Assembly: GCF_009914755.1 (NCBI RefSeq) | Contig: NC_060928.1 | Direction: 5' to 3' (one strand) | DNA: 64,000 nt | Origin: the human T2T-CHM13v2.0 reference genome, Homo sapiens | Shown: piece by piece, positions 1 to 13,330 of the stretch | Position numbering within the stretch: position 1 is the first letter of the stretch | Layout of the letters: each line of letters opens with the position of its first letter | Notes under the pieces: generated by a model | What the model was told of the DNA's origin: nothing | The model's input: only the letters and a program-made list of their open reading frames with translations | Database searches by the model: none | Translations under genes and position numbers: made by a program

Positions 1-1143
1 CTTTTATTTAAAGTACTGGGTGTTTGAGTGCAGCAGTAGATACTATCACATGCTGCTGTACTCAGACACCCAGAAGAGGGCTGAATGACTTAATGACTGT
101 ATATTTGATTGAGATTCTGAATTACATTATTCCTATAAGGGGGGAGGGACTTCATCTCATATATGTTACCATAGCGCCTAAATAGGGAGTTTCCCACAAA
201 AAAAAAACCTGCATGGAAATTCATTGATTACAGAAATAATACAGATTCTTCTAGTCTATTGCCACAGATCGCTCTCAAAATCTCAACCTTCTGCCATCTA
301 AGTAAATGCTATGGATGATGGTACTGGCTGCATGATTGTAAACTAACATGCAGTAATTCTCTACTTGTCACCCTATCACCTGGAATATAATGAACTCCTG
401 GAGAACAGGGGAAATTTTGTGATTAATGTATCACACATAATATCTTGAAACTACCTGAAATTCATTAAGTGCCTGCGAAAATTTAGTTTATTAGGCCTGT
501 TGGTAATGGGTCAATACACTTAATTAACTTAAACATGGAAAGATACATTTAAAGGAAATAGACCCTAATTGATCACCTGCCAAGACTTCTACTTATAGAT
601 GTTTTTAATCCCCAAAATCCTCCTCTTGAGGGGCGCTTGTTAGTAGCATTTTACCCATGGAAAGAAGGAATCTTAAATGAGTTAAATAGTTGACACGCAG
701 ATCATGGGGTGGAGTTGCTATTCATAACCTGGCCTTTCTCTCTTAAGCCAGGAGCTCTTTTCAGAAGAAAATATTATACTTAGTAATTGTGAAGCTAACT
801 TCCCAAGAACTGGGTTTCAAGGAAGAGCACTCATTAAAACCTGTTTCTCATGTTCTTCTCCTTGTTCCTCTTTTCATTCAGGGGATTTTCTATACTTAGT
901 TCCAGGCAGTCATTTTGCTTTGCTTCTCATCTGACCTTTGATAGCACAGTCCAGTTCTTAACTAGGAGGCAGGCACTGATTAACTTCCACTACATTTTTT
1001 CAGTGAGTCCAAAGCATACCAGGAAGTCTACTAGCTAAAATAAAGTATACCAGGCAAGGAAAAGAGAACTGATGGAAAACTTTGTAGAGCAAAGCAAGGT
1101 CAATGACTTCCTAAGTACTCATTCTTGGGTTTCATGAAAGTTT

Positions 1144-1220
1144 GAGGTTGTAGTGAGCTGAGATAGCTGCCACTGCACTGCAGCCTGGGGAACACAGTGA
1201 GACTCTATCTCAAAAAAAAA
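1144..1220 (+). mobile_element. 5'-truncated Alu (AluJ-like right-arm end)
   Basis: GAGGTTGTAGTGAGCTGAGAT...CACTGCACTGCAGCCTGGG...GAGACTCTATCTC plus A-tail; flanked by direct repeat GAAAGTTT (1136-1143 and 1221-1228). Confidence 0.85.
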
Positions 1221-2011
1221 GAAAGTTTCGAATTCTAGTTATTTGTTGGGAGTTCTGTGGACAGAGTTAGGAAATTCAGGACATTCTACTTAAACTTGGA
1301 TAATGAGATGAAAAGGACATATACAGGGGTCCACATAGATTCAGATACTAGAGTAAGATTCGGCTCACATGAAGTCATCTACATTTTCCTACTATAAAAT
1401 GCTCCTGATCTTATCAAGGCCAAACCTGTCACTTGTATACTGGGTTCCATTTGCTTTTGCTATTTAAGGCTTTTTTTTCTTTCATAATTATTTTTTACCT
1501 GAAATCGTCTCCTGCCTTATTTCATCTGATTTATTCTTTTTTTTCTTTTTGCTAAATGTAACCTATTCTAATATCTCCCACCTTAAGAAGCAAAATACTC
1601 CCAAACTCTCTTTGACACAACTTCCTCTCAACACTGTTCTATTTCTTTGCTTTGTGTTATAGCAAAGGTCTTCAACACATTTATTTGCTGAATTCATTTT
1701 CTCACTTTTTGGTCTCTCTTTATCTGACCAACACTGCTGTCTTTTGTAAAGGTCATTAACAATCTTCAAAATGCAAGGGCCAATTCTTCAGCTCCTTTAG
1801 AGTCAGTGTCTCTGTAGCCTCTCAGCAGCATATAGCATGATCAGTCTTTCTTCAAAATATTCTTCACTTGGCTGCATGAATCCTATGCTCTCTTGCTTCT
1901 CCTCCTTCAGCAGCTATGTCTCAGTCTTTTTTGATTGGTTCTATTCCTCTTTTCTTCCTTGAAACACTAATATCTATGGGGCTCTGTGGCCAGCCCTTTT
2001 CCTATCTAGAC

Positions 2012-2234
2012 CAGGGATGTCCAATTGTTTGACTTCCCTGGTCCACAGTGGAAGAAGAAAAATTGTCTTGTATCACACATAAAATACACTAACACTAAAG
2101 ATAGCTGATGAGCTAAAAAAAAATCACAAATAAATGTCATAATGTTTTAAGAAAGTTTACAAATTTGTTTCGGACTGCATTCAAAGGCATCCTGGGCTGC
2201 ATGTGACCCATGGACTGTGGGTTGGACACGCTTG
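2012..2234 (+). mobile_element. MER30 (hAT-Charlie non-autonomous DNA transposon)
   Basis: Starts CAGGGATGTCCAA, ends TTGGACACGCTTG; internal ATAGCTGATGAGCTAAAAAAA; perfect 8-bp hAT-type TSD ATCTAGAC (2004-2011, 2235-2242). Confidence 0.9.
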
Positions 2235-2692
2235 ATCTAGACTGTCTACCTTAGAGATCCTATCCAAGCCCATGGCTTCACAGACCAATTACGTGTCAGT
2301 GACTAGGACTCTGACCTTTTAGTAGTGCTCCATGTTCAATAACTTTCTTGACCTCTAATAGGCATGTCAACATTACGATGTCCAAAATTCTTGACCCTTG
2401 TGTTTCCAACTTTCTCCTCCTCTAATCTTCCACATTTTGATAAATACCAACAAGACTCACTCACTTTTTTTCTTGGCATTATAATATCAACCTACTTTCA
2501 AGTTGTGTCAGTTGAAACTTCAGATATACCCCTAATCTGATCACTTTTCACCAACTCTTTAGTAACCACTGGAGTCCAAGCTTTTACTATCTCTCACCTA
2601 GACTGTTGAAATAGCCTCTCAGCTGACCTTGTTTTTGCTCCTCGCCACTGTCTCCCTCAGACAGTTATCCTCCCCAGAGTGGCCAGAGAAAT

Positions 2693-3085
2693 TGTTATGG
2701 GCTGAATTGTGACCCTAAAAATTCATATGCTGAAGTTGTAATTCCTAGTACCTCACAATGCAACTGTATTTGGAGATACAACTATTGAACAGACAATAAG
2801 TTCAAATAGGTCTTTAATATGAGCCCTCATACAACATAGTTGCTGTCCTTATAAGAAGAGAAAATTTGGATGCAGACATGTGCTGCGTGGACAGAGGAAA
2901 GACGACATGAAGACACAGGGAGAAGGGAACCATCTGCAAGCCAAGGAGAGGCCTTAGAAGAAGCCAACCCTAGTGACACCGTGATCTCAGGCTTCCAGCC
3001 TCCCTAACTGTGAGAAAGCAAACTTCTGTTGCTTAAGCCACTCTGTTTGTGACATTTTATTATGGCAGCCCAAGCAAACCAAATA
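2693..3085 (+). mobile_element. MLT1 (MLT1B-like) MaLR solo LTR
   Basis: Start TGTTATGGGCTGAATTGTG...AAATTCATATGCTGAAG; CATCTGCAAGCCAAGGAGAGGCC; end TTATGGCAGCCCAAGCAAACCAAATA. Confidence 0.8.
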
Positions 3086-4901
3086 ATGATCTTTAGCAAA
3101 TGTAAATCATATCATATCACTCCTTTGTGTAAACTGTCTAATGGTTTTTCGTTTCCTTTAGAAAAAACATTCAAAGACTTTACTGCTTTCAGCAGACCCA
3201 TGTGCTCAGGCCCTTGCTTGCTTCCAATCTCACTTGTTGGACTTTTATTTTCTCTCTATGTTCCTCAGCCATGCTGGCCTCCTGTTGTCCCTCTAATACT
3301 TCAAGGTTATTCCAATATCAGAATCTTTGCACTCTCTCTTGGTTCTGTGAATTCTCATGATCCCAACCTCTATAGAGTTCACTCCCTGGCCTCATTCTGA
3401 GATTCCACACCTTTAGAGACCTACTTTGACAGCCACTCCTAAAACACATTTCCCCAACATGACCTCCTAATACTCCATCATTTTACTCTGGTTTATATTT
3501 CTTCATAGCACTTCCTTCCATCTGAAATTATATGGTATATTTATTTACTGATTTTCTCTTGTCTTTTTTTCCCCAGCAGGACATAAAATCTGTAAGTATG
3601 AGGATGCTGTCTTGGGGGCTTATATGTAATTTCCCTTTACATGAAACCTTATATAATTGTGTCTACAACTGTTTCACCAGTGCCTAGAACTGGGCCTGGC
3701 ATGCACAGGCTCTTAGTAAACATTAGTTGAATTAATTTCTTTCTTTGCACTCAGTATTTACTTTCACATACTGCTTTTAGACTTTTTAAGTTGTTTCACA
3801 TAATGGTCATATAATAGGAACAGTTAACCTTCATTACTTGCTTGTGGTATGACAGGCATTGTGCTAAGTAAGAGCTTTAACCAGCATTACATGATATGGG
3901 TGGTAGGCTGTTTAACTGCAGGAAGCAGTGATGCTCGCCCAGGGTAAAGACAATGGGAATAGTATGGCATGGTACTTCCTCTGCCAGGTACATCTGTTAA
4001 GGATGGGTAAGTTGAGGGGTAGCTGCTTTGGGACAGTTAGGTGCTGACACGGGAAAGCCCTTTGGAGCCCTCCATGACCAGCTTCACATAAAGGGTATCT
4101 GTGTACATCAAGAAGCTGAGGATTGATTCACCAGCTCTGCTGAGGCTGGCCATTGGTTCTCTAGCCCAGGCTGCCTGTTACCTGGCCTGAGCCAGGTGAG
4201 GAGCTCAGATGTTTTATTTCTGCGCTGGCAGGACACTGAAGGCTCCTTCCAGGGTCTCTCCCGGTTAGCCATCTGGGAGAGCTGGAGGCCCAGTTTCTGG
4301 GGCAGGCGTACCCTGTTTCCAAAAATATTGTGGCAGTCATTGCAGTTGGAAGCATAGCAGGGTCTTCAGGCTCTTCTGCAGACCCACGCCCCAGGTGGAT
4401 GGATGTTCTTACCTGCATTGCTTTACTCATCTTATTGAAACTTCACATCATCCCTATTAATTAGATACGAGTATTTCTAATTCACAGACGAAAGAAATTG
4501 TGACATGCTCAAGGCCATGAAGTGATAGGGACAGAAGTCAGTACCTCGTGTATTGTTCCTGGCCTTCCTCATTCCTCCAGCTCCATCATGCATACACATA
4601 CACATGCACACATGTGCACATACTGCTTGCAAACTTTGTTCTAGCCATACTGACAAATTTTCAAGTCCTTAAACGCACCATGTCCTGCCTCATTTCTGGG
4701 TCTTCCTGTTCTCTGACTTCCTGTCTGGAAAAACTGGACTTCTCCTTAAAGGTTACTCTTGTTGACATCTTTCTGACCCCCAGAATCTCTCTATGTTCTC
4801 ACAGAAACTTGCATTTCCACCAGTATAGCATGGTCAGTTAAGACTCTTTTTTTTTCTTTTTTTGTGGCAAAAGACAAAACACCCAATGATAACTACTTTA
4901 G

Positions 4902-5262
<361 letters not shown>

Positions 5263-6099
5263 ATAATGTAAGCTTTCTTTATCTTTCTGCTTCCCTTTGT
5301 GTATTGAGATCCATTATTGTCCGGGCTCCTGATTGAACAAGGAAAGAGAGAAACTGGAAGTCCTAGGTGTTTCTTGTCTCCCTAGCTCATCATCACAAAG
5401 GAATTTCAATTGATTCAGGAGAAAACAATATACACCTATGTAAACCTAACATATTCTGGTTCCTGCTGTACATCTGAAATGCTGGAGATAGGAGGGAGAT
5501 CATACACATTCAAAATTCATGGAATGGTAGGGTTGCAAGAAAATATCCCTGGACAATAATATACACCCACAATAAACTTTTATCTTACCTTTTTGTAGTT
5601 TTTTTTTGTATTTTGTAATTCTATGCTAGTTGTGTTAGGGAAAGGATGGTTTCAGTCTTGCCTACCCCTATACTCCAAATGCTTAGCATGCTGCCTGACA
5701 CATACTGGAAAAAATAAATATCGTAAAGTATATTATTAAACGAATTCTGACAACGTACCAAGTGGCCTTTTAAAACATTATACAACCTGTGTTTGCTGAA
5801 GTAATATAAACTAGGTTGCCCAGTCTATCTTGATCCAGTTGCCAAACCAACTCCAAATCTCCTGCTTGCTGAGAGTTACCTGAAGAGTAACATTAGACCT
5901 ACTGTTTGGAACTTGCTTCCTAATGCTATTTGCAAGTAGCTCCCCCTGCCTGCCCAAGTGGACTTTCACAGAGAGTGTGTTTCTGAAAGCTGCAGCCACT
6001 ACCATCTTTGACGCAGTGTGTCTGTCCTGTGGGAATTAGGACAGAAAGACTGGGGAAAAAGAAAATGAGACAAAATAAAACAACAAAAAGAAAAAAGAA

Positions 6100-6230
6100 A
6101 CAACTAATATTCTATGTTCTTTATAATTTACAAAGCACTTTTCTACAACCAGTCTCATTTAATACTTGCCATGAATATTATAATTTCATTACCATTCTAC
6201 AGATGAGAAAACTGAGGCTAGCCTGACATA
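6100..6230 (-). mobile_element. MIR fragment
   Basis: MIR core CCATTCTACAGATGAGAAAACTGAGGCT. Confidence 0.65.
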
Positions 6231-8254
6231 TTACCAACACAGGCTACACCTTGGCAGGATATTCTGCCTCTTTTTACAATCAGCCCGTGAAATTTCTATA
6301 GCAGAAAGATTTGGAAGAAACGTTAATGATTATATCACATACTTCATAAGCACCATCTGCAGAGGTAAATACTATTTATTCAAAATAATAAAATTGAGGG
6401 ACACAGAGAAGATAATCTCTTGGCTAAAGGATAGACCACACCTCACCTTTGACTTTAAATTATAATTGGCCAAGCTGACCTCCTTGAGCTTCTGTGTCCT
6501 AAGATCTTTATCCTCTGAGTCCAGACCCCTAGGCAGCCTCCCACTTCCTATTCACTACAAGTCAGTGTATTGCATAGCCTTCTCCTTTCAGGGATGTGTC
6601 CTGGTGACACGCAGGCTACATCAGATGGAGAGGAAGATTGACTAACTCATGTTCCTGTTCTCTCGAGGTGACTTTGCCAGGGGCTCATGAAAGTGAAGCA
6701 TGCTTCTTAGGTGTGTCAGGAGGCCTGTGCCTGTGCCAACAAACCTCAGCTTGCACCATAGGTGTCCTTCTATCTCTGATAACTGTAGGCATTTGGTCAG
6801 CTGAAGGCTCTCTCTGGCACAGTACTGAGAAGAACCCTGGAACTCCCTCACAGTGAGTGATAGAAATGCTTTTCTTAGAATCACACAGCTTCTGGGTACA
6901 GAGTAAAGACCAGGCAATGCCTCCACTAGAGTGCCTCCTGATTATAGAAACTCGAGAATGTTTACAATACATTTTCAAGGCTTGCATCTATTCAGTGATA
7001 GAGCTGGTATTTGAACACAGTTCTTTCCAACACCAAAATCTCTGCTCTTGCCCATATATAAAACATATCGGTCTGAGAACGTGGGGACATGGAAGGCACA
7101 TATAGAATCCAGGGTGTTTCACTTGTTAAATGTTCCTTACACCAACTGAAACACTCGAGCTTGTTGCTCGTAGCAAGTGAAGCCCTATCTGTTTGGTGGG
7201 GTGGGAGTCAGGGGGAAGCAGTAATTTGTGCTGCTATTGTTCCTTCAAACAACATTAGGCTATTTGTAGATATTATTCCCCATGGTCAGAACAATGTCAG
7301 CTATTTTTTCTGTGAAGGTCCAAGTTGACCCCGTAGGCAGTAATTTCCTGACTCTCAAACCCAGTGGGCCTGGGCCATTCAGGCAAGCCCCAGGTGGCCC
7401 CGGCATAGAAGGACAGATGCCGACCTTCTTGGACTCATGTCCTTCCAAGCAGGAATTGTGAAAGTGCAGGCGCCAAGAATTAAGGAAAAGGAGGAAAAAG
7501 CCTTTCTTCCGAGCTTAGTGTGTTTCCCATAATGCATGGGTCATTCAGTCCATGGGAATGTGCTGCCAAATGACCGCTGTGCACTGAACCTCATCGGAGA
7601 GTGGAACTGGGCTTGGTGGAGGGTGGTAACAGAAAAGGTTTGAAAAAATGAGATCAGCCCCTGGCTTAGTTTCAGGAGGGGTGGGGTACTTTATGGAAAG
7701 CATATTGGTCCTGAAGACAGAAAGACACAGAGTTGTGTGTGTCTGCCTTTGCTGTGACAATTTTCTCTGAGTTTCAAATTCCAGATGAAAATCATATGAA
7801 GACACAGCATCATGTCAGGCAATAGAGACAAAAGCATCAACCTTTCGGGATCATTTGATGGATTAAACAGGAAAACCAAGTAGGTGATCCTTGTTTCCTC
7901 GACCAGTGAATAGAAAAGTGTGGGCACATGGGGAAGGCAAGATCAACCACCCTGAAATCAGAGAGAATAACTTAAGATGAGTTTAACTTGAATTCAGCTA
8001 TGTGGCATAAACTCCTGATCCTACAGGAAGATAGGGGAGAGGGGTGGGGTTCAACAGAGCTAAAGAAACCAAGAAAGGCTTCTAGGCAATGGAAGAACTT
8101 AAGGAAGAAGAAAAGGAATCCAATGATTATATTTTTAGCAATTCGTGTAAAGTAAATTTCTACAGTGTGTACACCTAAGTGAAATAATCCTCATAATACC
8201 TGTGCAGTGAGTTTCCTTGTAGTTGAAATTGTTGCCACATGTTCCAAGATATTT

Positions 8255-8612
8255 TAGGTTTCTTAAAGTGTGAGTCACTGATAGTTCATCAAAATCACCT
8301 GGATGCTGGTTAACGGAAGCTCTTGAATCCCCCTTCCTCCCGTCCTACTGAATCAGAATCTCTTAAGATAAAACCAGGAACTACATCTTCATAAGCTCCC
8401 TGGGTAATTCCTATAAACAACATAGTTACAGAACCATTGTGTGAGTTATTACCTGCACATTGGGAATTACCTGAGAAACTTGAAACGTTCTCATTCTTCT
8501 GTCCTACCCTCAGAGATAATGATTTACTTAATTAAATCACCAGCTAGGAATTGGGATTTATAAGAGCTCTACAGGACATTCCAATATCCAGCCCAGTCTG
8601 GGACTCACCGGC
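8255..8612. mobile_element. Two adjacent MER5-family (hAT-Charlie) relics
   Basis: TTCTTAAAGTGTG...CATCAAAATCACCTGG...CTACTGAATCAGAATCTCT...AAGCTCCCTGGGTAATTC, followed by a second MER5-like block. Confidence 0.55.
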
Positions 8613-8654
8613 CTAAGGGTCCATTTATATTTATGACACACATGATTTTCATCC

Positions 8655-8817
8655 AGGTAGCACTGGCAGGTGAAATACAAGACATTCGGTTAAATTTGAA
8701 TTTCAGATAAATAATGCATGCTCTTTCTGTTGTTGTTTAACTATATGTATGTTGCAGTTATTGCATGGAATATATTCATACTTTTAAAATATTATTCAGT
8801 TAATCTGGGAACTCTAA
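8655..8817 (+). mobile_element. MER53 MITE, internally deleted
   Basis: AAATACAAGACATTCGGTTAAATTTGAATTTCAGATAAATAA...TTGCATGGAATATATTCATACT...AATCTGGGAACTCT. Confidence 0.65.
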
Positions 8818-9037
8818 GCCCACGTATCTTTAACTCTAAATCACATCGCCTTTTCACTATTTCCTGGTGTATCAATTTCTTAGTTTTGAAGGATAGGTGA
8901 AATTTGAACAGGGCAAACTCATTACCAAAACATTGCTCACAGACACCTCCCAATAAAAGCAAATTAATATAGATATACAAATGCAAGTGAAAACATTATT
9001 TAAAGTGAAGTACTTTCATGAGCCAATTTTTATCTCG

Positions 9038-9898
9038 TGTATTAGTTTTCTCTTTGCTGCTATCATAAATTACCACAAACTTAGTGGCTTAAGGCAACAT
9101 GCATTTATGATCTTACAGGTATGGGTCAGTTATGGATCAAGATCAGGTTTCATTGACCTAAACTTAAGCTATCTGGAGGGCCCAGGGAAGAATTTGTTGA
9201 CTTGACTTTTTCGGCTTCTAGACTCCACCAGCATTCATTGGCTCATGGCCCCTTTCTGTGTCCTCAAAGCTGGCGATGTTGCATCTCTCCCACTGTTGTT
9301 CTACAGTCAGCCTCCCTCTGGCCATAGCTGGGAAAGGTTGTTCTCTTTTAAGGGTTAGATTTGGCCTACCTGGATAATCCAGGATCATCTTCTCATCTGG
9401 AGATCCTAACATTCACATCTTCAAAGCCCCTGTGTATCAGTCTGTTATCACGCTGCTATAAGGACATACCCAAGACTGGGTAATTTATAAAGGAAAGAGG
9501 TTTAATGGACTCACAGTTCCACGTGGCTGGGGAGGCCTCACAATCATGGCAGAAGGCAAAGGAGGAGCAAAGGCATGTCTTACATGATGGCAGGCAAGAA
9601 AGCGTGTGCAGGGGAACTGCCCTTTATAAAACCATCATATCTCGTGAGACTTATTGACTATCATGATAACAGTATGGGAAAGACCTGCCTCAGTGGTTCA
9701 ATTACATCCCACCGGGTCTCTCCCATCACACGTGGGAATTATGGAAGCTAAAATTCAAGATGGGATTTTGGTGGGGACAGAGCCAAACCATATCACCCTG
9801 TTTCTGTATGAACAAACAACAAACATATACACAGGTCCCAAGCATTAGGGAATGAACATCTTTTGTGGATTGTGGGAAAGCATTATTCTGCCTACTAT
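9038..9898 (-). mobile_element. MLT1D-like MaLR LTR, split by a THE1 insertion
   Basis: TATTAGTTTTCT...AATTACCACAAACTTAGTGGCTTAA; CCTACCTGGATAATCCAGGATCATCT; ends CATTATTCTGCCTACTA. Confidence 0.75.
9433..9795 (-). mobile_element. THE1 (C/D-like) MaLR solo LTR
   Basis: TGTATCAGTCTGTT...GACTGGGTAATTTATAAAGGAAAGAGG...GCCAAACCATATCA; 5-bp TSD CCCTG (9428-9432, 9796-9800). Confidence 0.9.
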
Positions 9899-10084
9899 TT
9901 CTCCTAATTTATTTATTTTACCAGTTAGATTTAAAAATCAATTTTGTGAAAGCAATGCAACCTTATATATCACATAAATATCCTTGTATAACAGACTATA
10001 CTTTTCTCAAAAGCTACTAGTAACCTCTTAATTTTTTTATAGCAGGATCAGTGAGAAAATGTTGTAAAGTGAAAGTTGAAAATA

Positions 10085-10300
10085 TAGTAATTTATTTTAG
10101 TCAACACTTATAGGGTGCTTACTCTGTGCCAGCCACTATTCTAAGCATTTCAAATGTTCACTCATTTAATCCTCATGTAACAGCACAGTATAGTAAGTGC
10201 TAGTGTTACTATTCCCATTCTGCAGATGAGAGATCAAGCCCAGAAAAGCTTATAATTTGGCCAGATTCACCAGTTGGAAAGTGGTGGGGCTGAGTCTCAA
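10085..10300 (-). mobile_element. MIR
   Basis: GTGCTTACTCTGTGCCAG...CTCATTTAATCCTCA...CCCATTCTGCAGATGAG. Confidence 0.7.
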
Positions 10301-11199
10301 AACATTTCAAACATTCTCCTCTCCTAGAGCCCTTTTCACTTTTGATCTAGTGACTAATGCAATAGGACTTGCTGCTTACTTAACTATAGAATGATGTTTA
10401 GATATTTCTACAACCTTTAGCTTGAAATCTATAAACTTGAGTAAATGATTATTAGATTGTTTAGTAAGGGAAATGTGACACTGCAGGAATGTCGAGTCTT
10501 AGTTTAATCTACACATTTAATTTAGGTTTAGGACTTGGTTTATGTTTGATATCAAACTATCATCAAATGGAACACAGCATATCTGAGCTGAAAGTAAGAC
10601 AGGGTCATGAGAGGCTCAGCTATGACCCAAAGCCACAGACAGCCTCAGGCAGTTGCAGACCAGGGCCCCAGGGCTTTTATGTCCCAGGCAATTGTGAGCA
10701 CAATAAAAATGCTCAGGAGTTGTGAAATTCTTGTTCAGGGGGCTGATGTTGTTTGGAAAGAGGGTAAAGCCAAAATCCAAGATTAACACAATCTTTGCTC
10801 ATTAGAATAGTCCAGCAAAACATTAGCAAAGAATTTTGCCCTTCCCAGCATTTCTGTATTCAAGTACAATGTGCTTCTTCAATGCAATTTATGTTTCTAC
10901 TTATTGCATTGTGTGCATTTAAGCAAGCCATCCAAAATCCCTTTTGGGACAGATATTCTAAGTCAAATGCATACTCTCCAATGTCATTCTTGTTAGAGAA
11001 AGTAACTTACGGTAGGTAAATAAAAGCAGAACAAAACATACTTCTGGTTCAATGTCTCCTCCCCAAGTTCCCTTCATTCATCACAGAGGTACCGCAAATT
11101 CATTCAGTTGAAGAAAATCCAGTGAGTTCTATAATTAAAATGAAGGCATTGTATCTCTTTCTAATTGGCTGCTTATTTTCTGACTTTTCAAGGTACATT

Positions 11200-11510
11200 C
11201 TGTCTGCCTCTCCAGGTTCACTCTCTACCTTTGTTCACTCTGAAAGGTATCCTGAGAGACTGCCTCAAATGGGCTCTTACGCTCTGGCTTCCTATTGGAA
11301 TTGGTCAATGGGATACAGCAGCAAGAAATGGGAGATCAAAGGAAGAAGAGCTGGGAGCTACTGGTTCTTAGGGTTCCCTGTCTGCCTCATGGGAGTTTGG
11401 CCACAGCCAAGGTGCTCCTCTTGGATTGCAGCAGCTCCTGTGGGCAGCACTTTCCTACAGTTTCAACTCTCGCTGGGTTCCCATAACTGCTTTCTCCTCT
11501 TGCCTCGGTG
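11200..11510. mobile_element. LTR33-like ERVL LTR relic
   Basis: CTCTGGCTTCCTATTGGAATTGGTCAATGGGA...GGAGATCAAAGG resembles the LTR33-family consensus. Confidence 0.5.
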
Positions 11511-11519
11511 TGGCTTGAG

Positions 11520-13330
11520 ACAACAATTCAATTCACGGCTTATTCTAGGTGCTAAAGATGGAGTAGAGAACAAAAGAAGAAGAAAACATTCCTTCTTTAT
11601 AGGGTTGAGTAGCCAGGAGGAAAGAGACAGAAAATAAACAAAAATAAAATGTGCTTAATGATGACCAAGTCTATGAATAAAAACAAAGCAGGGAAGGATG
11701 CTAGTAAGTGCTGGGACAGGGAAAGGTGTGCCTCTGAAAAAGGTGCTCAGGGAAGGCATGGGTGATATTTGAGTAAAGACTTGAAGGAGGTGAAGGAGCA
11801 GCCATGGAGATATGAGACAGAACAACAGTTCTAGAGAAAGGAAGAGCATGTGTAAAACCAAAAGGCAACCGCATGCTTAATGAGTGCATAAAGCAGCAAG
11901 GGGCCAGTGTGGCTGGAGAAGAGTGAGGGAGAACACAGAGAAGGGCGGAGAGGTCATAGGGACAGTTCATGTAGGGACTTGCAGATCATTTTAAAGAATT
12001 TGGTTTTTATTCTGAATGAGCTGGGACACCCTTGGACTGAGGAATGGTGTGATCTGATTTATCTTTTATTTATTTATTTATTTATTTATTTATTTTTTTT
12101 TTGTTTGTTTTAGACTGAATCTCTCTCTCTTTTGCCCAGGCTGGAGTGTAGTGGCATGATCTCGGCTCACTGCAACGTATGCCTCCTAGTTTCAAGCGAT
12201 TCTCCTGCCTCAGCCTCCTGAGTAGCTGGGATTACAGGCACAAGCCACCATGCCTGGCTAATTTTTTTTGTATTTTTAGTTGAGACGAGGTTTTGCCACG
12301 TCGGTCAGGCTGGTCTCAAACTCCTGACCTCAGGTGATCCACCTGCCTCGGCCTCCCAAAGTGTTGGGCTTACAGGTATGAGCCACCGTGCCTGGCCCAA
12401 TTTGTCGTTTTAAAGAATTACTCTTGCTTCTGACTACAAAGCATTCTTGGCTCATGTGTAAAATGAAGGAGGATCACTTAGAAGTTATTGCAATACTCTG
12501 GAGAGATATTATGATGGCTTGAGTCAAGGAATAGATGTGCTAAAAATGGTCAGGTCTGGATATATGAAGAAGGGAGAACCAATAGGATTTCCTGATGAAT
12601 TGCATCTGAAGGGTAAGGGAAAAGAGTTAAAAAATGCATTGAAGTTTTTTACCTGGCTAACTAAGAAAATAAAGTTGTCATTAGTTGAGATGCAGAGGTG
12701 GGGCAGGGCATGGGAAATAACAGGAAGTGAATTTTAGATATGCCTGGCTAGAAATGTCTCTTCCCCCTCCAAGGGAGATGTCAAGTAGACAGCTGAACCT
12801 ACAAGTCAGGGTTCAAGAGAGACATCCTTGCTAGAAATGCACATCTGAGAGTTTCCAGAACAGGAATAGCATGTAAAGCTGGGCATCTAAATGTTCCCTA
12901 GAAAGCAGGTCAAAGTAAGGAAATCCAAGAACTGAGGCTCATTTAAAGGTCTTAAGGGTAAAAAGGAACAACATAGTCACTAAAAAAAAGCCCACCCTGA
13001 AGGAAACTTGGAGAATGGGTTGACCGAAAGTCAAGTAAAGAAAGTGTGGCCAGAAAGAGGGACAGATCTAGCATATAAAGTGCTAATAGATCAAGCCAGA
13101 TGGACTGAGAATTAGGCCTTAAATAAGCAATATGGAAGGCCTTGGTGAATAAAACAGAAGTAACATTTGTGGATTAGTAGGCAAATATATGTATATGATT
13201 GTATATAAATACATTTGTATACATATATATGTATATGAGATACATAGAGAGAGCTCAAGAGAGAACAGGAGGACAGGATTTGGAGAGAGTAAATGTAGAC
13301 CATTATTTGAATACTTTAACTGTAAATAGG
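11520..13330 (-). mobile_element. L2 LINE relic, interrupted by an Alu
   Basis: Purine-rich L2 antisense motifs (GGTGATATTTGAGTAAAGACTTGAAGGAGGTGAAGG; GGAGATGTCAAGTAGACAGCTG). Confidence 0.7.
12064..12397 (-). mobile_element. AluSp/Sq-like SINE with (TTTA)n tail
   Basis: Full reverse Alu; GGTCAGGCTGGTCTC and CTGACCTCAGGTGATCC. Confidence 0.9.

Larger units (their letters stand above)
1400..3737 (+). mobile_element. L2 LINE 3' region, interrupted by MER30 and MLT1
   Basis: L2-like pyrimidine-rich tracts (TCTTCACTTGGCTGCATGA...CTCTCTTGCTTCTCCTCC) and an L2 3'-end motif TGCCTAGAACTGGGCCTGGCA...TAGTTGAATTAAT at ~3680-3737. Boundaries approximate. Confidence 0.65.

Noticed and set aside
3897-4420. 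Possible old ERVL-type LTR (similar uncertainty at ~45320-45900)
   Set aside because: It appears to interrupt a MIR and looks LTR-like, but I cannot assign a family or boundaries without a Dfam search.
11122-11637. 171-aa ORF as a gene
   Set aside because: GTG start, spans LTR33-like and L2 relics, and shows no recognisable domain.
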